Source: an uncultured Candidatus Binatia bacterium (GTDB lineage Bacteria; Desulfobacterota; Binatia; Bin18). Taken from it: DNA of 64,000 nt. The DNA is taken from assembly GCA_965214605.1 (NCBI GenBank), contig OZ243961.1, positions 2,080,001 to 2,144,000 of the forward strand. Direction: 5' to 3'. The stretch's first letter is position 1; each line of letters begins with the position of its first letter. The notes beneath the pieces are model-generated. The model searched no databases and had not been told where the DNA came from. It saw nothing but the letters and a program-made list of their open reading frames with translations. Both the position numbers and the translations under genes were made by a program. Below are positions 28,895-38,386 of this stretch, one piece after another.

Positions 28895-28994
28895 CTCCTG
28901 CGTACCCCCTCCTTGCCCTTCCATCGCTCCATCAACCTCACGTCACTTCTTTGCGACCCTTTCTTCGGTCGGATTTGAACGCTAGGATACGGTC

Positions 28995-31900
28995 ATGGCC
29001 TACCCAGACTCTGCTCTCCCTCCTGTGTCTCCGCTTGCCCAAGACCTGCTCGCCCTGCTGGCCGATCGTATCCTCCTGTTCGACGGTGCTATGGGCACCT
29101 CAATACAAGACCGTCAGCCCGATGCCGCTACATTTGGCGGGGCTGACTACGAAGGCTGTAACGAATATCTCGTGCTCACGGCTCCACACCTCATCGCCGA
29201 TATCCATGCCGGGTTTCTCCAAGCCGGGTCCGACATTATTGAAACGGATACCTTTGGCGCGACACGTATTGTCTTGGCCGAATACGGGCTTGAGGACAGA
29301 ACCATGGAGATCAACCACACCGCGGCCGAAATTGCTCGGCAGGTGGCCGGCCAATACAGCACACCAGCCAAACCCCGCTTTGTAGCCGGCTCAATGGGGC
29401 CGACGACGAAGACGATCTCAGTGACCGGCGGGGTGACGTTTGCCAAGATGCGAGCCGCCTACGCTGAACAGGCTGAGGGGCTGCTGCGCGGCCACGTCCA
29501 TCTGCTCATCCTAGAGACCGCCCAAGACGCCCTTAACCTGAAGGCCGGTCTGATTGGCATTGATGATGCCTTCCATACCCTTGGTCTGCGGGTGCCGGTG
29601 ATTGTGTGTGGCACGATCGAAACCATGGGGACCACGCTGGCCGGTCAAAGCATTGAAGCGTTGTACGTTTCGCTGGCCCACAAAGATTTGCTGGCTATGG
29701 GTCTGAACTGCGCAACCGGTCCGGACTTCATGACCGACCACTTGCGCACTCTGTCTGAGCTATCCCGCTTCCCGGTCATGTGTATGCCTAATGCAGGCCT
29801 ACCGGATGAAAACGGGCATTACAACGAATCCCCCGAGCTGCTGAGCGCCAAACTAGAGCGCTTTGTCAACCAGGGCTGGGTGAATATAATGGGCGGCTGT
29901 TGCGGCACCACCCCCGCCCATCTGCGGCTCTTGTCGCAGATGCTCACAGGGAAAAAGCCGCGCCAACACCAAGGACCACGACGCAGCGTTGTGTGTGGCC
30001 TTGAACCGTTGGTGATTGACGAAGACAAACGGCCAATCCTGGTTGGGGAACGGACGAATGTTATTGGGTCGCGAAAATTTAAACGCCTGATCACCGAAGG
30101 GGCGTTTGAAGAGGCGGCAGAGATTGGACGGCGCCAAGTGCGGGGTGGTGCCCAGGTGGTTGATGTGTGTCTGGCCGACCCAGACCGTGAAGAAGGCGAA
30201 GATATGACGACCTTTTTGGAGATCTTGGTCAAAAAGGTCAAAGTCCCGCTGATGATTGACTCGACCGATGCGCAAGTCATTGAGACAGCGCTTGAGCGCT
30301 GCCAAGGCAAGGCTCTTATTAACTCGATTAACCTCGAAGATGGTGAGGAACGATTTCAAAAAATCATCCCACTCGTCAAACGCTACGGTGCGGCCGTGGT
30401 GGTCGGCTGCATTGACGAAGACCCTGTGCAGGGCATGGCAGTCACCCGCCACCGCAAACTTGAAATCGCTCGACGCAGTTACGGGCTGCTTACCCAAAAG
30501 TATGGCTTGGACCCGGAAGATTTGATCTTCGACCCGCTGGTATTTCCGCTCGGCACAGGCGACCAAAACTATATTGGTGCTGGCCAAGAAACGATCGAAG
30601 GCGTCCGGTTGATTAAACACAACTTTCCCGCGTGTAAAACCATCCTTGGCATCAGCAATGTCTCTTTCGGTCTGCCGTTGGCCGGCCGCGAGGTGCTGAA
30701 CTCGGTCTTTTTGTACGACTGTGTCAAAGCCGGCCTAGATATGGCGATTGTCAACGCCGAAAAGCTCGAGCGCTACGCCTCGATTTCGGAAGAAGAGCGG
30801 TGTCTGTCAGAGGACTTGATCTACTGGCGTGGCGAGGACCCGATCGCCGCCTTTACTGCTCACTTCCGCCACCGACAAACGAGCAATAAACCGGAGACGG
30901 ACCGGGATCGGCCGCTGGATGAACGTCTGGCACGCTATATTATTGAGGGCTCGAAGGACGGTCTGATTGACGATCTGAACGAGGCCCTGCAAGACAGAAA
31001 GCCGCTCGATATCATTAACGGTCCGCTCATGGCCGGTATGGACGAGGTCGGCCGCCTGTTCAATAACAATGAACTCATCGTCGCTGAGGTCTTACAGAGC
31101 GCTGAGTCAATGAAAGCTGCGGTCGCCCACCTTGAGCCGCTTATGGAAAAAACCGCGGAGGCGCTCAAGGGCACGGTCATTTTGGCCACAGTCAAAGGTG
31201 ATGTCCACGATATTGGCAAAAACCTCGTTGAAGTTATCCTAGGCAATAACGGCTATCGGGTCATCAATCTAGGCATTAAGGTCCCGCCGGAAACCCTGAT
31301 TGATGCTTACCGGGAACACCAGCCCGATATGATTGGCTTGTCCGGTTTGCTGGTCAAATCTGCCCAACAGATGGTGGTGACGGCTCAAGATTTACACAAT
31401 GCTAGGGTTCAGTGTCCGATTCTGGTTGGCGGAGCCGCTCTGACCGCTCGGTTTACCGCCAACAAGATTGCTCCGGAGTATAAAAATCTGGTCTGTTATG
31501 CCAACGATGCGATGAACGGTCTTGATTTGGCCAACCAGCTAGTTAATCCCGGCAAACGGGCCCACCTCGTCCAGAAACTCGCGGCGGAACAGGAACGTTT
31601 GACTCGGCAGGCGGCAGAGCCGGTACGTGTCTCCAGGAATGGGCGGACGGCTCCCCAAACTTCCTCGGTGACCCACGAACATCCCATACCAAGTCCACCA
31701 GACCTGCGTTTGCATGTGATTGAGGATCACGACCTCGAAGAGATTTTCGCCTATGTCAACCCGACGATGCTGTATAGCAAACACTTGGGGCTCAAGGGCA
31801 ACCTCGACACCCTGCTCGAACAGCAGGATGAGAGAGCCGTGGGTCTACACGCTCAGGTTCGCGCCCTGCAGGACCGCATCCTAGAGAAAAATTTGATGCA

Positions 31901-32525
31901 CGCAAAGGGAGTCTACAAGTTCTTTCCCGCTCAGTCTGACGGCAATACTCTGCTCGTCTATAACGCGGCGGGCAGTCAGGTGGTTGCAACTTTCGCGTTT
32001 CCGCGCCAGTTGCACGGCGAAGGGTTATGTCTGAGCGATTTTGTTGTCCCGCAGGCTGCCGGCCGGATGGATTACATTGCGCTCTTTGCGGTGACCTGCG
32101 GCGGTGGTATCCGAGAACTATCGGAGCACTACAAACAGGCTGGACAGTATTTTGTATCGCACGCCGTGCAAGCCTTGGCGATTGAAAGTGCCGAAGGTTT
32201 TGCCGAACTCCTGCACCGCCGTCTGCGCGAAATGTGGGGCTTTGCCGACCCGGCCGACATGACCATGCGCGACCGCTTTAAAGCCCGGTATCGGGGGGTT
32301 CGGGTCAGTTTTGGCTATCCGGCCTGCCCACGTTTAGAAGACCAATGTATCCTCTTTCGGCTCTTGTCTCCAGAGACCGTCGGCCTCCAGCTCACCGAAG
32401 GCTTTATGATGGAGCCAGAGGCATCGGTCTCAGCGCTCGTTTTCCATCATCCCCAGGCGCGCTACTTTAGCATTCTGGAAGAAGAGTTGAGGGAATTTGA
32501 ACAAGGGCTGGGCGTCATCAATTGA
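28995..32525 (+). CDS. metH: B12-dependent methionine synthase
   Basis: DGAMGT, GLNCATGP, GGCCGT, GERTN, GDVHDIGKN, FGYPACP. Confidence 0.97.
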   Translation: MAYPDSALPPVSPLAQDLLALLADRILLFDGAMGTSIQDRQPDAATFGGADYEGCNEYLVLTAPHLIADIHAGFLQAGSDIIETDTFGATRIVLAEYGLEDRTMEINHTAAEIARQVAGQYSTPAKPRFVAGSMGPTTKTISVTGGVTFAKMRAAYAEQAEGLLRGHVHLLILETAQDALNLKAGLIGIDDAFHTLGLRVPVIVCGTIETMGTTLAGQSIEALYVSLAHKDLLAMGLNCATGPDFMTDHLRTLSELSRFPVMCMPNAGLPDENGHYNESPELLSAKLERFVNQGWVNIMGGCCGTTPAHLRLLSQMLTGKKPRQHQGPRRSVVCGLEPLVIDEDKRPILVGERTNVIGSRKFKRLITEGAFEEAAEIGRRQVRGGAQVVDVCLADPDREEGEDMTTFLEILVKKVKVPLMIDSTDAQVIETALERCQGKALINSINLEDGEERFQKIIPLVKRYGAAVVVGCIDEDPVQGMAVTRHRKLEIARRSYGLLTQKYGLDPEDLIFDPLVFPLGTGDQNYIGAGQETIEGVRLIKHNFPACKTILGISNVSFGLPLAGREVLNSVFLYDCVKAGLDMAIVNAEKLERYASISEEERCLSEDLIYWRGEDPIAAFTAHFRHRQTSNKPETDRDRPLDERLARYIIEGSKDGLIDDLNEALQDRKPLDIINGPLMAGMDEVGRLFNNNELIVAEVLQSAESMKAAVAHLEPLMEKTAEALKGTVILATVKGDVHDIGKNLVEVILGNNGYRVINLGIKVPPETLIDAYREHQPDMIGLSGLLVKSAQQMVVTAQDLHNARVQCPILVGGAALTARFTANKIAPEYKNLVCYANDAMNGLDLANQLVNPGKRAHLVQKLAAEQERLTRQAAEPVRVSRNGRTAPQTSSVTHEHPIPSPPDLRLHVIEDHDLEEIFAYVNPTMLYSKHLGLKGNLDTLLEQQDERAVGLHAQVRALQDRILEKNLMHAKGVYKFFPAQSDGNTLLVYNAAGSQVVATFAFPRQLHGEGLCLSDFVVPQAAGRMDYIALFAVTCGGGIRELSEHYKQAGQYFVSHAVQALAIESAEGFAELLHRRLREMWGFADPADMTMRDRFKARYRGVRVSFGYPACPRLEDQCILFRLLSPETVGLQLTEGFMMEPEASVSALVFHHPQARYFSILEEELREFEQGLGVIN

Positions 32526-32828
32526 GAGACGCGGCACCAGACCAAAACCGAGGTCCGCAGTCTTCCGCTTCCGAATTGAATTTTGCAGCGATGCAGGAGC
32601 GGAGGAGTCTAGCAGCTTTTGTTCAAGTCCAACCGCAAACCGGGCAAGACCGGATCACCAGATAGCAGCATGCACCGCGGTCCTCGTAGTTGCCTCTATG
32701 ACATACCATCCCAACTAAACACACATAAAATCTTACCTGCTGTCCCAATACGGAGCGGCCAGGTCTTCTCTTGACAAAGCCCAGCCAGCCGATTAGTCAG
32801 GGGACAGCTTTTTTCCTGAGAGGGGCAT

Positions 32829-33626
32829 ATGCCAACAAAATACGTCGATGTTGACGGCTATGCGGTCCATTATTTTCATACCGGCCAAACAACCCTGCCC
32901 CCAGTCGTTCCAGATGTCAGCCAGGGTAAACTGATCCTGTATCTTCACGGGGCGGGGAGTAATGGGCATTTTGCCCACAAGTTGCTCGGTCCCCTGTCGG
33001 CCAAGCACAGCCCCCTCTCCTTCGATTTTCCGGCCCACGGCCGCTCGAGCGGCATCGATAGCCTAGGAAATATCACGGCCTATAGCGATTTCACCTACAG
33101 TTTGTGGCGAACGCTCGGCATTCGTCCGGCGGTGTTGATGGGCCATTCCATGGGTGGGGCGATTGCCATGGACTTAGCTCTCCGTCATCCCGAGATGGTC
33201 GATGGCCTGATCCTGACTTGCACGGCCGCCACATTCAACATTCCGGACGAGCGGATTGAGACCTGGGCACAGGTCATGAAGGGCCGCCAATCCCAGCCGT
33301 TTACTAAAGATTCCTGCTCGCCCAAGACGCCGCAAGACATTGTCCGGCAGGGCTGGATGGAACAGATTAAGACCGACCCGCGCGTCCGCTACTTCGATTT
33401 GGTTGCCTGCCAACAGGTCGATCTGAGATCCAGACTGGGCGAGATCAGGACACCAACGCTGATTCTGGCCGGTCAAGACGATACCGCCACGCCAGTCGCC
33501 CAGAGCGAGGAACTCTGCGCCCAAATTCCCGGCGCCCAGCTCAGCGTTATCGAAGCTGCTGGCCACTGGCTCCCAATCGAAAAGCCACAGGCGGCGTGCG
33601 ATGCTATTGAGGCATTTTTTGGCTAA
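32829..33626 (+). CDS. Alpha/beta hydrolase
   Basis: LHGAG, GHSMGG, GQDD, AGH catalytic triad motifs. Confidence 0.92.
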   Translation: MPTKYVDVDGYAVHYFHTGQTTLPPVVPDVSQGKLILYLHGAGSNGHFAHKLLGPLSAKHSPLSFDFPAHGRSSGIDSLGNITAYSDFTYSLWRTLGIRPAVLMGHSMGGAIAMDLALRHPEMVDGLILTCTAATFNIPDERIETWAQVMKGRQSQPFTKDSCSPKTPQDIVRQGWMEQIKTDPRVRYFDLVACQQVDLRSRLGEIRTPTLILAGQDDTATPVAQSEELCAQIPGAQLSVIEAAGHWLPIEKPQAACDAIEAFFG

Positions 33627-33647
33627 TCTAGTGAAAGAGGACAGATC

Positions 33648-34796
33648 ATGAGCATTAGAGGAAAAACCGCCGTCGCTGGCGTGTACGAGCATCCGCTCCG
33701 CTGGGCGCCGCACAAAACCCAGTACCAGATTATGGCTGAGAGCGCCCGTGGCGCGCTGGAGGACGCTGGTCTGACGCTGAAAGACGTCGATGGCCTGTTT
33801 ACCTCTGGGGTGAGCGGGATGGGTATCGTCTCTCTCGCAGAGCACCTGAATCTGAACCCCGATTATCTGGACTCCAATTCTATCGGGGGCTCGTCTTTTG
33901 TGTCGCATACCGCCCACGCGGCCGCAGCGATTGCAGCTGGCTACTGCAACGTTGGCCTGATTTTGTACGGGAGCAAATGGTCGTCTGACCGGTTTGCGAT
34001 TGGCACGGCCGGAGGGGCATCAGGAGATCCGCCCGATCAGCAGGAAAACAGCTTCGGGCCAACTACGGTTGGAGCCTATGCTCTGGTTGCACAGCGTCAT
34101 ATGCACGAATTTGGGACGACCAGCGAGCAACTGGCTGAAATAGCAGTGGTCACCAGAAAGCATGCCTCACTCAACCCCAATGCTAAGTTCCGCGACTTGA
34201 TCAGCGTCGAAGACGTGATGAAATCGCGAATGGTGTCGTCTCCCCTCCACCTGCTGGACTGCTGCATGATCTCAGACGGCGGGGGGGCGGTTGTGGTCAC
34301 CTCGGCCGAACGCGCACGTGACCTGAGAAAGAAACCCGTCTACATCCAGGGGGCTTCCGAAGCCTGCTATCATACCAGCGCCGGCCTGCGGGATTTGACC
34401 GATGCGGCGGCCAAACAGTCAGGCCCCAAGGCCCTGCAGCGGGCTGGTGTTGCGCATAAAGACATCGACATGGCAATGATCTACGACTCTTTCACCATAA
34501 CCTTGTGCGTTACCCTGGAAAGCTTAGGCTTTTGTAGCAAGGGAGAGGGGGGCTCATTTGTCCAAAATGGACGGATTGGGCTGGGCGGCGAGCTGCCGAT
34601 CAACACCGATGGCGGTGGTCTGTCATCAAATCACCCCGGCATGCGCGGCATTTTTCTAGTTATTGAAGCCACTAAGCAGCTGCGCGGCGAATGCGCAGAC
34701 CGTCAGGTCCACGACTGTCAGCTAGCATTCTGCCATGGAACCGGAGGGTCCCTAGGACTGCGACATAGCGGAGCGAGCTTGGTATTGAGTGTGTAA
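33648..34796 (+). CDS. Thiolase-fold protein (SCP2/Ltp2-like, lacks nucleophilic Cys)
   Basis: IGGSSFV, LDCCMISDGGGA, IYDSFT, NTDGGGLSSNHPG. Confidence 0.88.
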   Translation: MSIRGKTAVAGVYEHPLRWAPHKTQYQIMAESARGALEDAGLTLKDVDGLFTSGVSGMGIVSLAEHLNLNPDYLDSNSIGGSSFVSHTAHAAAAIAAGYCNVGLILYGSKWSSDRFAIGTAGGASGDPPDQQENSFGPTTVGAYALVAQRHMHEFGTTSEQLAEIAVVTRKHASLNPNAKFRDLISVEDVMKSRMVSSPLHLLDCCMISDGGGAVVVTSAERARDLRKKPVYIQGASEACYHTSAGLRDLTDAAAKQSGPKALQRAGVAHKDIDMAMIYDSFTITLCVTLESLGFCSKGEGGSFVQNGRIGLGGELPINTDGGGLSSNHPGMRGIFLVIEATKQLRGECADRQVHDCQLAFCHGTGGSLGLRHSGASLVLSV

Positions 34797-34808
34797 GGGG
34801 GATTTTCT

Positions 34809-35231
34809 ATGGCTGAAGAAAAAAAATACCGAAAACCCTTGCCTCGCCTTGACGAGGAAAACCGCCCCTTTTGGGAAGCCTGCGCACGGCACGAACTCTA
34901 TGTGCAGAAATGCCGCGGCGACTGTGGTAGGGTCTTTTATTACCCACGCGCTTTTTGTCCGGAAGATCTGTCCACTGACTTTGAATGGCTCAAATGCAGT
35001 GGCAAAGGTACCGTCTACACCTATACCGCGACCTACCAGAATCAGAGTGCCGGCTTCCGCAACAACCTGCCCTACATCATGGCCTATGTGGAGCTGGAAG
35101 AAGGCGTGCGCATGCTGACAAATATTGTCGACTGTACCCCTGAAGAGGTCACCATCGGTATGCCGGTCGAAGTTACCTTTGAGGATGCCACGCCGGAGAT
35201 CTCTCTTCCCCTGTTTCGCCCGGTCCGGTGA
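34809..35231 (+). CDS. DUF35 Zn-ribbon/OB-fold protein
   Basis: PFWEA, QKC..C...YYPRAFCP, GKGTVYTYT, VELEEGVRMLTNIV. Confidence 0.9.
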   Translation: MAEEKKYRKPLPRLDEENRPFWEACARHELYVQKCRGDCGRVFYYPRAFCPEDLSTDFEWLKCSGKGTVYTYTATYQNQSAGFRNNLPYIMAYVELEEGVRMLTNIVDCTPEEVTIGMPVEVTFEDATPEISLPLFRPVR

Positions 35232-35375
35232 GAAAACCGTCCGCCTAGACCGACCATACGCACGGTGTCCGGATAGTCTGCTGTCCATTGCCAGACCAGG
35301 GTAGTTCTGGCACAATGGACATTCATATCGACCAAAAGCTGAGCCGTTCGGCAAGCTATTTAGGGCAGATACACT

Positions 35376-36044
35376 ATGGCACGTATTATTGATCTCCACT
35401 CGCACTCCGAAGCGTCGGACGATAGCCGCGCGCCTGTCGAGGCGTACCTGAAATGGCTGGCTCGCAAACGTGAAGAACGCCCTCTCGATGGTTTAGTCTT
35501 AACCGAGCACCGTAAATTTGATTCTGCCAGCGACTACCGCGCCCTCGAAGACAAATATGGTCTGCTCATCCTCAAAGCCTCGGAGGTTGAGACCGAGTAT
35601 GGCCATATTCTGGTCTACGGGGTCAACGATGATATCCTCAAACGCTTTGATTTCTCCAACGTTCGACTGCCGGCCCAACAGGTCATCAGCGAGGTCGCTC
35701 GTATGGGCGGCATTGCCATGCCGTGCCATCCCGGTCGACCGACCATCGGCCTCATCGAACATTACGAACAGAGGCCCCCGCTCGAGGGCGTGTATGGGAT
35801 TGAAGCCCTCAACGGAGGCAGTAAAAAAGGCGAAAATGAGCGGGTGGCCGAGTTGATCGACCAGTACGGTTACCACGCGTTCGGCGGCAGCGACTCGCAT
35901 CTGGTGAGCTTCATCGGCATCTGCGCCACCGAATTTGACCAGGACATCAGCTCCACCGAAGATCTGGTCAACGCTCTACGCAGCGGCGGCTACCGGCCGG
36001 TAGATTTCCGGGTTCGTAGAGCCCGGGCCTCAAGCGCATCCTAA
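35376..36044 (+). CDS. PHP-domain phosphoesterase
   Basis: DLHSHS, LTEH, GHILVYG, CHP, GGSDSH. Confidence 0.85.
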   Translation: MARIIDLHSHSEASDDSRAPVEAYLKWLARKREERPLDGLVLTEHRKFDSASDYRALEDKYGLLILKASEVETEYGHILVYGVNDDILKRFDFSNVRLPAQQVISEVARMGGIAMPCHPGRPTIGLIEHYEQRPPLEGVYGIEALNGGSKKGENERVAELIDQYGYHAFGGSDSHLVSFIGICATEFDQDISSTEDLVNALRSGGYRPVDFRVRRARASSAS

Positions 36045-36055
36045 AGGACACGACT

Positions 36056-36499
36056 ATGGCGCTCGATTTTGATCGTTCCATTTTGGGGACCGTCTTTGAT
36101 GAGACCTCATTTGTTCCCATTACCAAAGAAGAGATTCTGGAATTTGCGGCAGCCCTAGGAGAGACCAACCCGCTCTATACGGATGAGGCCGCCGCAGCCA
36201 ACGGTCCGTACGGTGGCTTGGTTGCTCCGCCGACGTTTATCACCAAGCTGCGTCCGAACAAAATGACGCCCGAGAATATGCCGAAGTTCGGCAAAGTTGG
36301 CTTTGACGGCGGGAGAGATCTGGAGGTATTTGAGCCGGTTCGACCCGGCGACACGCTCAAGATGGTCAGTAAGATTCACGACATCTATGAAAAAACTGGG
36401 CGCAGCGGCAGCATGTATTTTATCGTCCTCCGCAACGAGGTCAGCAATCAGAACGGTGAAAAAGTGGCCGTGATCGACCATAGGATTATGCAGCGATGA
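36056..36499 (+). CDS. MaoC-family dehydratase (N-type subunit)
   Basis: FAAALGETNPLY, APPTF, PVRPGD, KTGRSG. Confidence 0.88.
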   Translation: MALDFDRSILGTVFDETSFVPITKEEILEFAAALGETNPLYTDEAAAANGPYGGLVAPPTFITKLRPNKMTPENMPKFGKVGFDGGRDLEVFEPVRPGDTLKMVSKIHDIYEKTGRSGSMYFIVLRNEVSNQNGEKVAVIDHRIMQR

Positions 36500-36918
36500 G
36501 CAGCTTATACTTTGAAGATGTTGAAGAGGGCGACGAGTTCCCCACCCTGGACATGTTTCTGACCAAGAATCAGGTCCGCCGCTATGCGCGGACCGCCAAT
36601 ATGGATTTTCCACGCTTTACCGATGACGAGGGTGCCCGCAAGGAGGGCCTACCCGGCATGATTGCGCCCGGTGTCATGAGCATGGGACTGCTAGCACGTA
36701 TGATCAGCGACTGGAACCCCGCCGCCTGTATTACCCGCATCGGAACGACGTTCCGCAGCCCGGTCCTGCCCGATAACAATATTCACCTGTGCGGCGCGGT
36801 CACCCAGAAAGACGAACGGACTCATACTGCCGAATGTGACATTTGGATGGAAAACGACGACGGTGAACGCTGGGTTATTGGCACCGCAACGGTTGCCTTG
36901 CCGACAAAATCGGCCTAA
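36496..36918 (+). CDS. MaoC-family dehydratase
   Basis: YFEDVEEGDE, A...GLPGMIAPG, FRSPV; ATGA overlap. Confidence 0.85.
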   Translation: MSSLYFEDVEEGDEFPTLDMFLTKNQVRRYARTANMDFPRFTDDEGARKEGLPGMIAPGVMSMGLLARMISDWNPAACITRIGTTFRSPVLPDNNIHLCGAVTQKDERTHTAECDIWMENDDGERWVIGTATVALPTKSA

Positions 36919-36992
36919 TGTTCCTCCCCTACTCGTCTGCCTCTGAACGTTCTCTATCCTGGAATAAAGGATAAGGGAGAGGGAGCTCTCAC

Positions 36993-37736
36993 ATGATCAG
37001 TCGAATCGTTCTTATGTCGCTTGTGTTGCTGAGCCTGTGCTTTATGAGGGGCTGGTCGACTCCTGCCCAGGCTCAGTTCGACACCGGTCTTGAAGACTCC
37101 TTAGACGCACCCGCCCAGGTCTATAAAAATTCTCGGCTCGAAACCTTCAACGAAGCCATGTTTGACGTCAACCTGTGGCTGGACGAGAAACTCCTGCGGC
37201 CGGTTGCCAGGAGCTATGAAAAAGTCGTTCCTGAGGGCGCCCGTCTGGGCGCACGACGCTTCTTTCTCAATCTGGGCTTCATTCCGCGTGCCGCCAATAG
37301 CCTCCTTCAGCTCAAGTTCGACGGGGCGGCGCGAGAAGTGAGCCGCTTCATGCTCAACACGACAATCGGCGGACTCGGCTTCTTCGATGTGGCCAAGAAC
37401 CAGTTTGGGATTCAGGAGAGCAACGAAGACTTCGGGCAGACACTAGGCCATTACGGCGTAGAAGACGGAGGGTATCTTGTCCTCCCCTTTTTGGGTCCGT
37501 CAACCGTACGCGACACCGTGGGTTTTGTGATCGATGGAGCGATGGATCCCAAACAGTATATCCTGTCCGGCACACACAACTTTGCGATTAGTAGCGGAAC
37601 GACCGTCACCAACGCCGTCAACGAACGCTCGTTGAACCTAGAGCTGTTTGAGCAGGTTGATCGCTTCTCGCTGGATCTCTACAGCGCCGTCCAGGACTTC
37701 TACCTGCAGCGCAGAGAGCAGCTGATCGAGGAATAG
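36993..37736 (+). CDS. mlaA: MlaA/VacJ-family lipoprotein-like protein
   Basis: ETFNEAMF, RFMLNTTIGGLGFFDVA, EDFGQTLG, LPFLGPSTVRD, DLYSAVQDFYLQRR. Confidence 0.88.
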   Translation: MISRIVLMSLVLLSLCFMRGWSTPAQAQFDTGLEDSLDAPAQVYKNSRLETFNEAMFDVNLWLDEKLLRPVARSYEKVVPEGARLGARRFFLNLGFIPRAANSLLQLKFDGAAREVSRFMLNTTIGGLGFFDVAKNQFGIQESNEDFGQTLGHYGVEDGGYLVLPFLGPSTVRDTVGFVIDGAMDPKQYILSGTHNFAISSGTTVTNAVNERSLNLELFEQVDRFSLDLYSAVQDFYLQRREQLIEE

Positions 37737-37742
37737 GGCGGC

Positions 37743-38369
37743 ATGCGATATCACCGAGAGATGATGATGGAGTTATGCCGCCGTCCGGTCCAAGTCTGGA
37801 TTTGGCTCGCCTTGGGTTTGGTACTCGCCTGTGCCGGACCGGCACAGGCCGAGACTCCGCCCCAAATGACACGGGAGTTGATCGAGTCTATTATCGCCTG
37901 TGCAACAGCGGACGGGGCTCAACCGAGCGGCTGTGATGTTGAAAAAATCGAGGGGCATCTGGCCCTCGCCCAGCTCGCCCGCTGGCTGATGGGCCCCCAC
38001 TGGCAGGATCTAGGCCAGCAAAAACAGAACGATTTCGCTGCCTTACTCGCCCGCCTGCTGCGTGATGTCGCCTATCCGCGAGCGGCCGAGTTCTTATCCA
38101 GCAATCAAATTGTGTACGGCCAGAATCATGTTGACGGTAAGGAAGCTATTGTTGAAACCTCGCTCGTCAACGCCGAAGAAGGGCAGGTCGTGATCAAGTA
38201 CCGCTTACACCTCATTGACGATAGGTGGAAAGTCTGGGACGTGTATCTCGACGGGGTGAGCATGGCAGGCAACCTGCGCAAACAGGTTCAGTCTATCATG
38301 GCTCGCAAGTCCTACGGGGAGTTGGTTGAGCGTATGCAGAAAAAACTCAATTGGGACGATCCTCAGTAG
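37743..38369 (+). CDS. MlaC/Ttg2D-family lipid-binding protein (HpnM-like)
   Basis: LMGPHWQDL, YRLH....WKVWDVYLDGVSM; lies between mlaA and hpnN. Confidence 0.8.
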   Translation: MRYHREMMMELCRRPVQVWIWLALGLVLACAGPAQAETPPQMTRELIESIIACATADGAQPSGCDVEKIEGHLALAQLARWLMGPHWQDLGQQKQNDFAALLARLLRDVAYPRAAEFLSSNQIVYGQNHVDGKEAIVETSLVNAEEGQVVIKYRLHLIDDRWKVWDVYLDGVSMAGNLRKQVQSIMARKSYGELVERMQKKLNWDDPQ

Positions 38370-38386
38370 GCGGTGGAGAACCACGC

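Noticed and set aside
28895-28994. Cobalamin/SAM riboswitch upstream of metH
   Set aside because: Only 100 bp and no conserved riboswitch motifs visible
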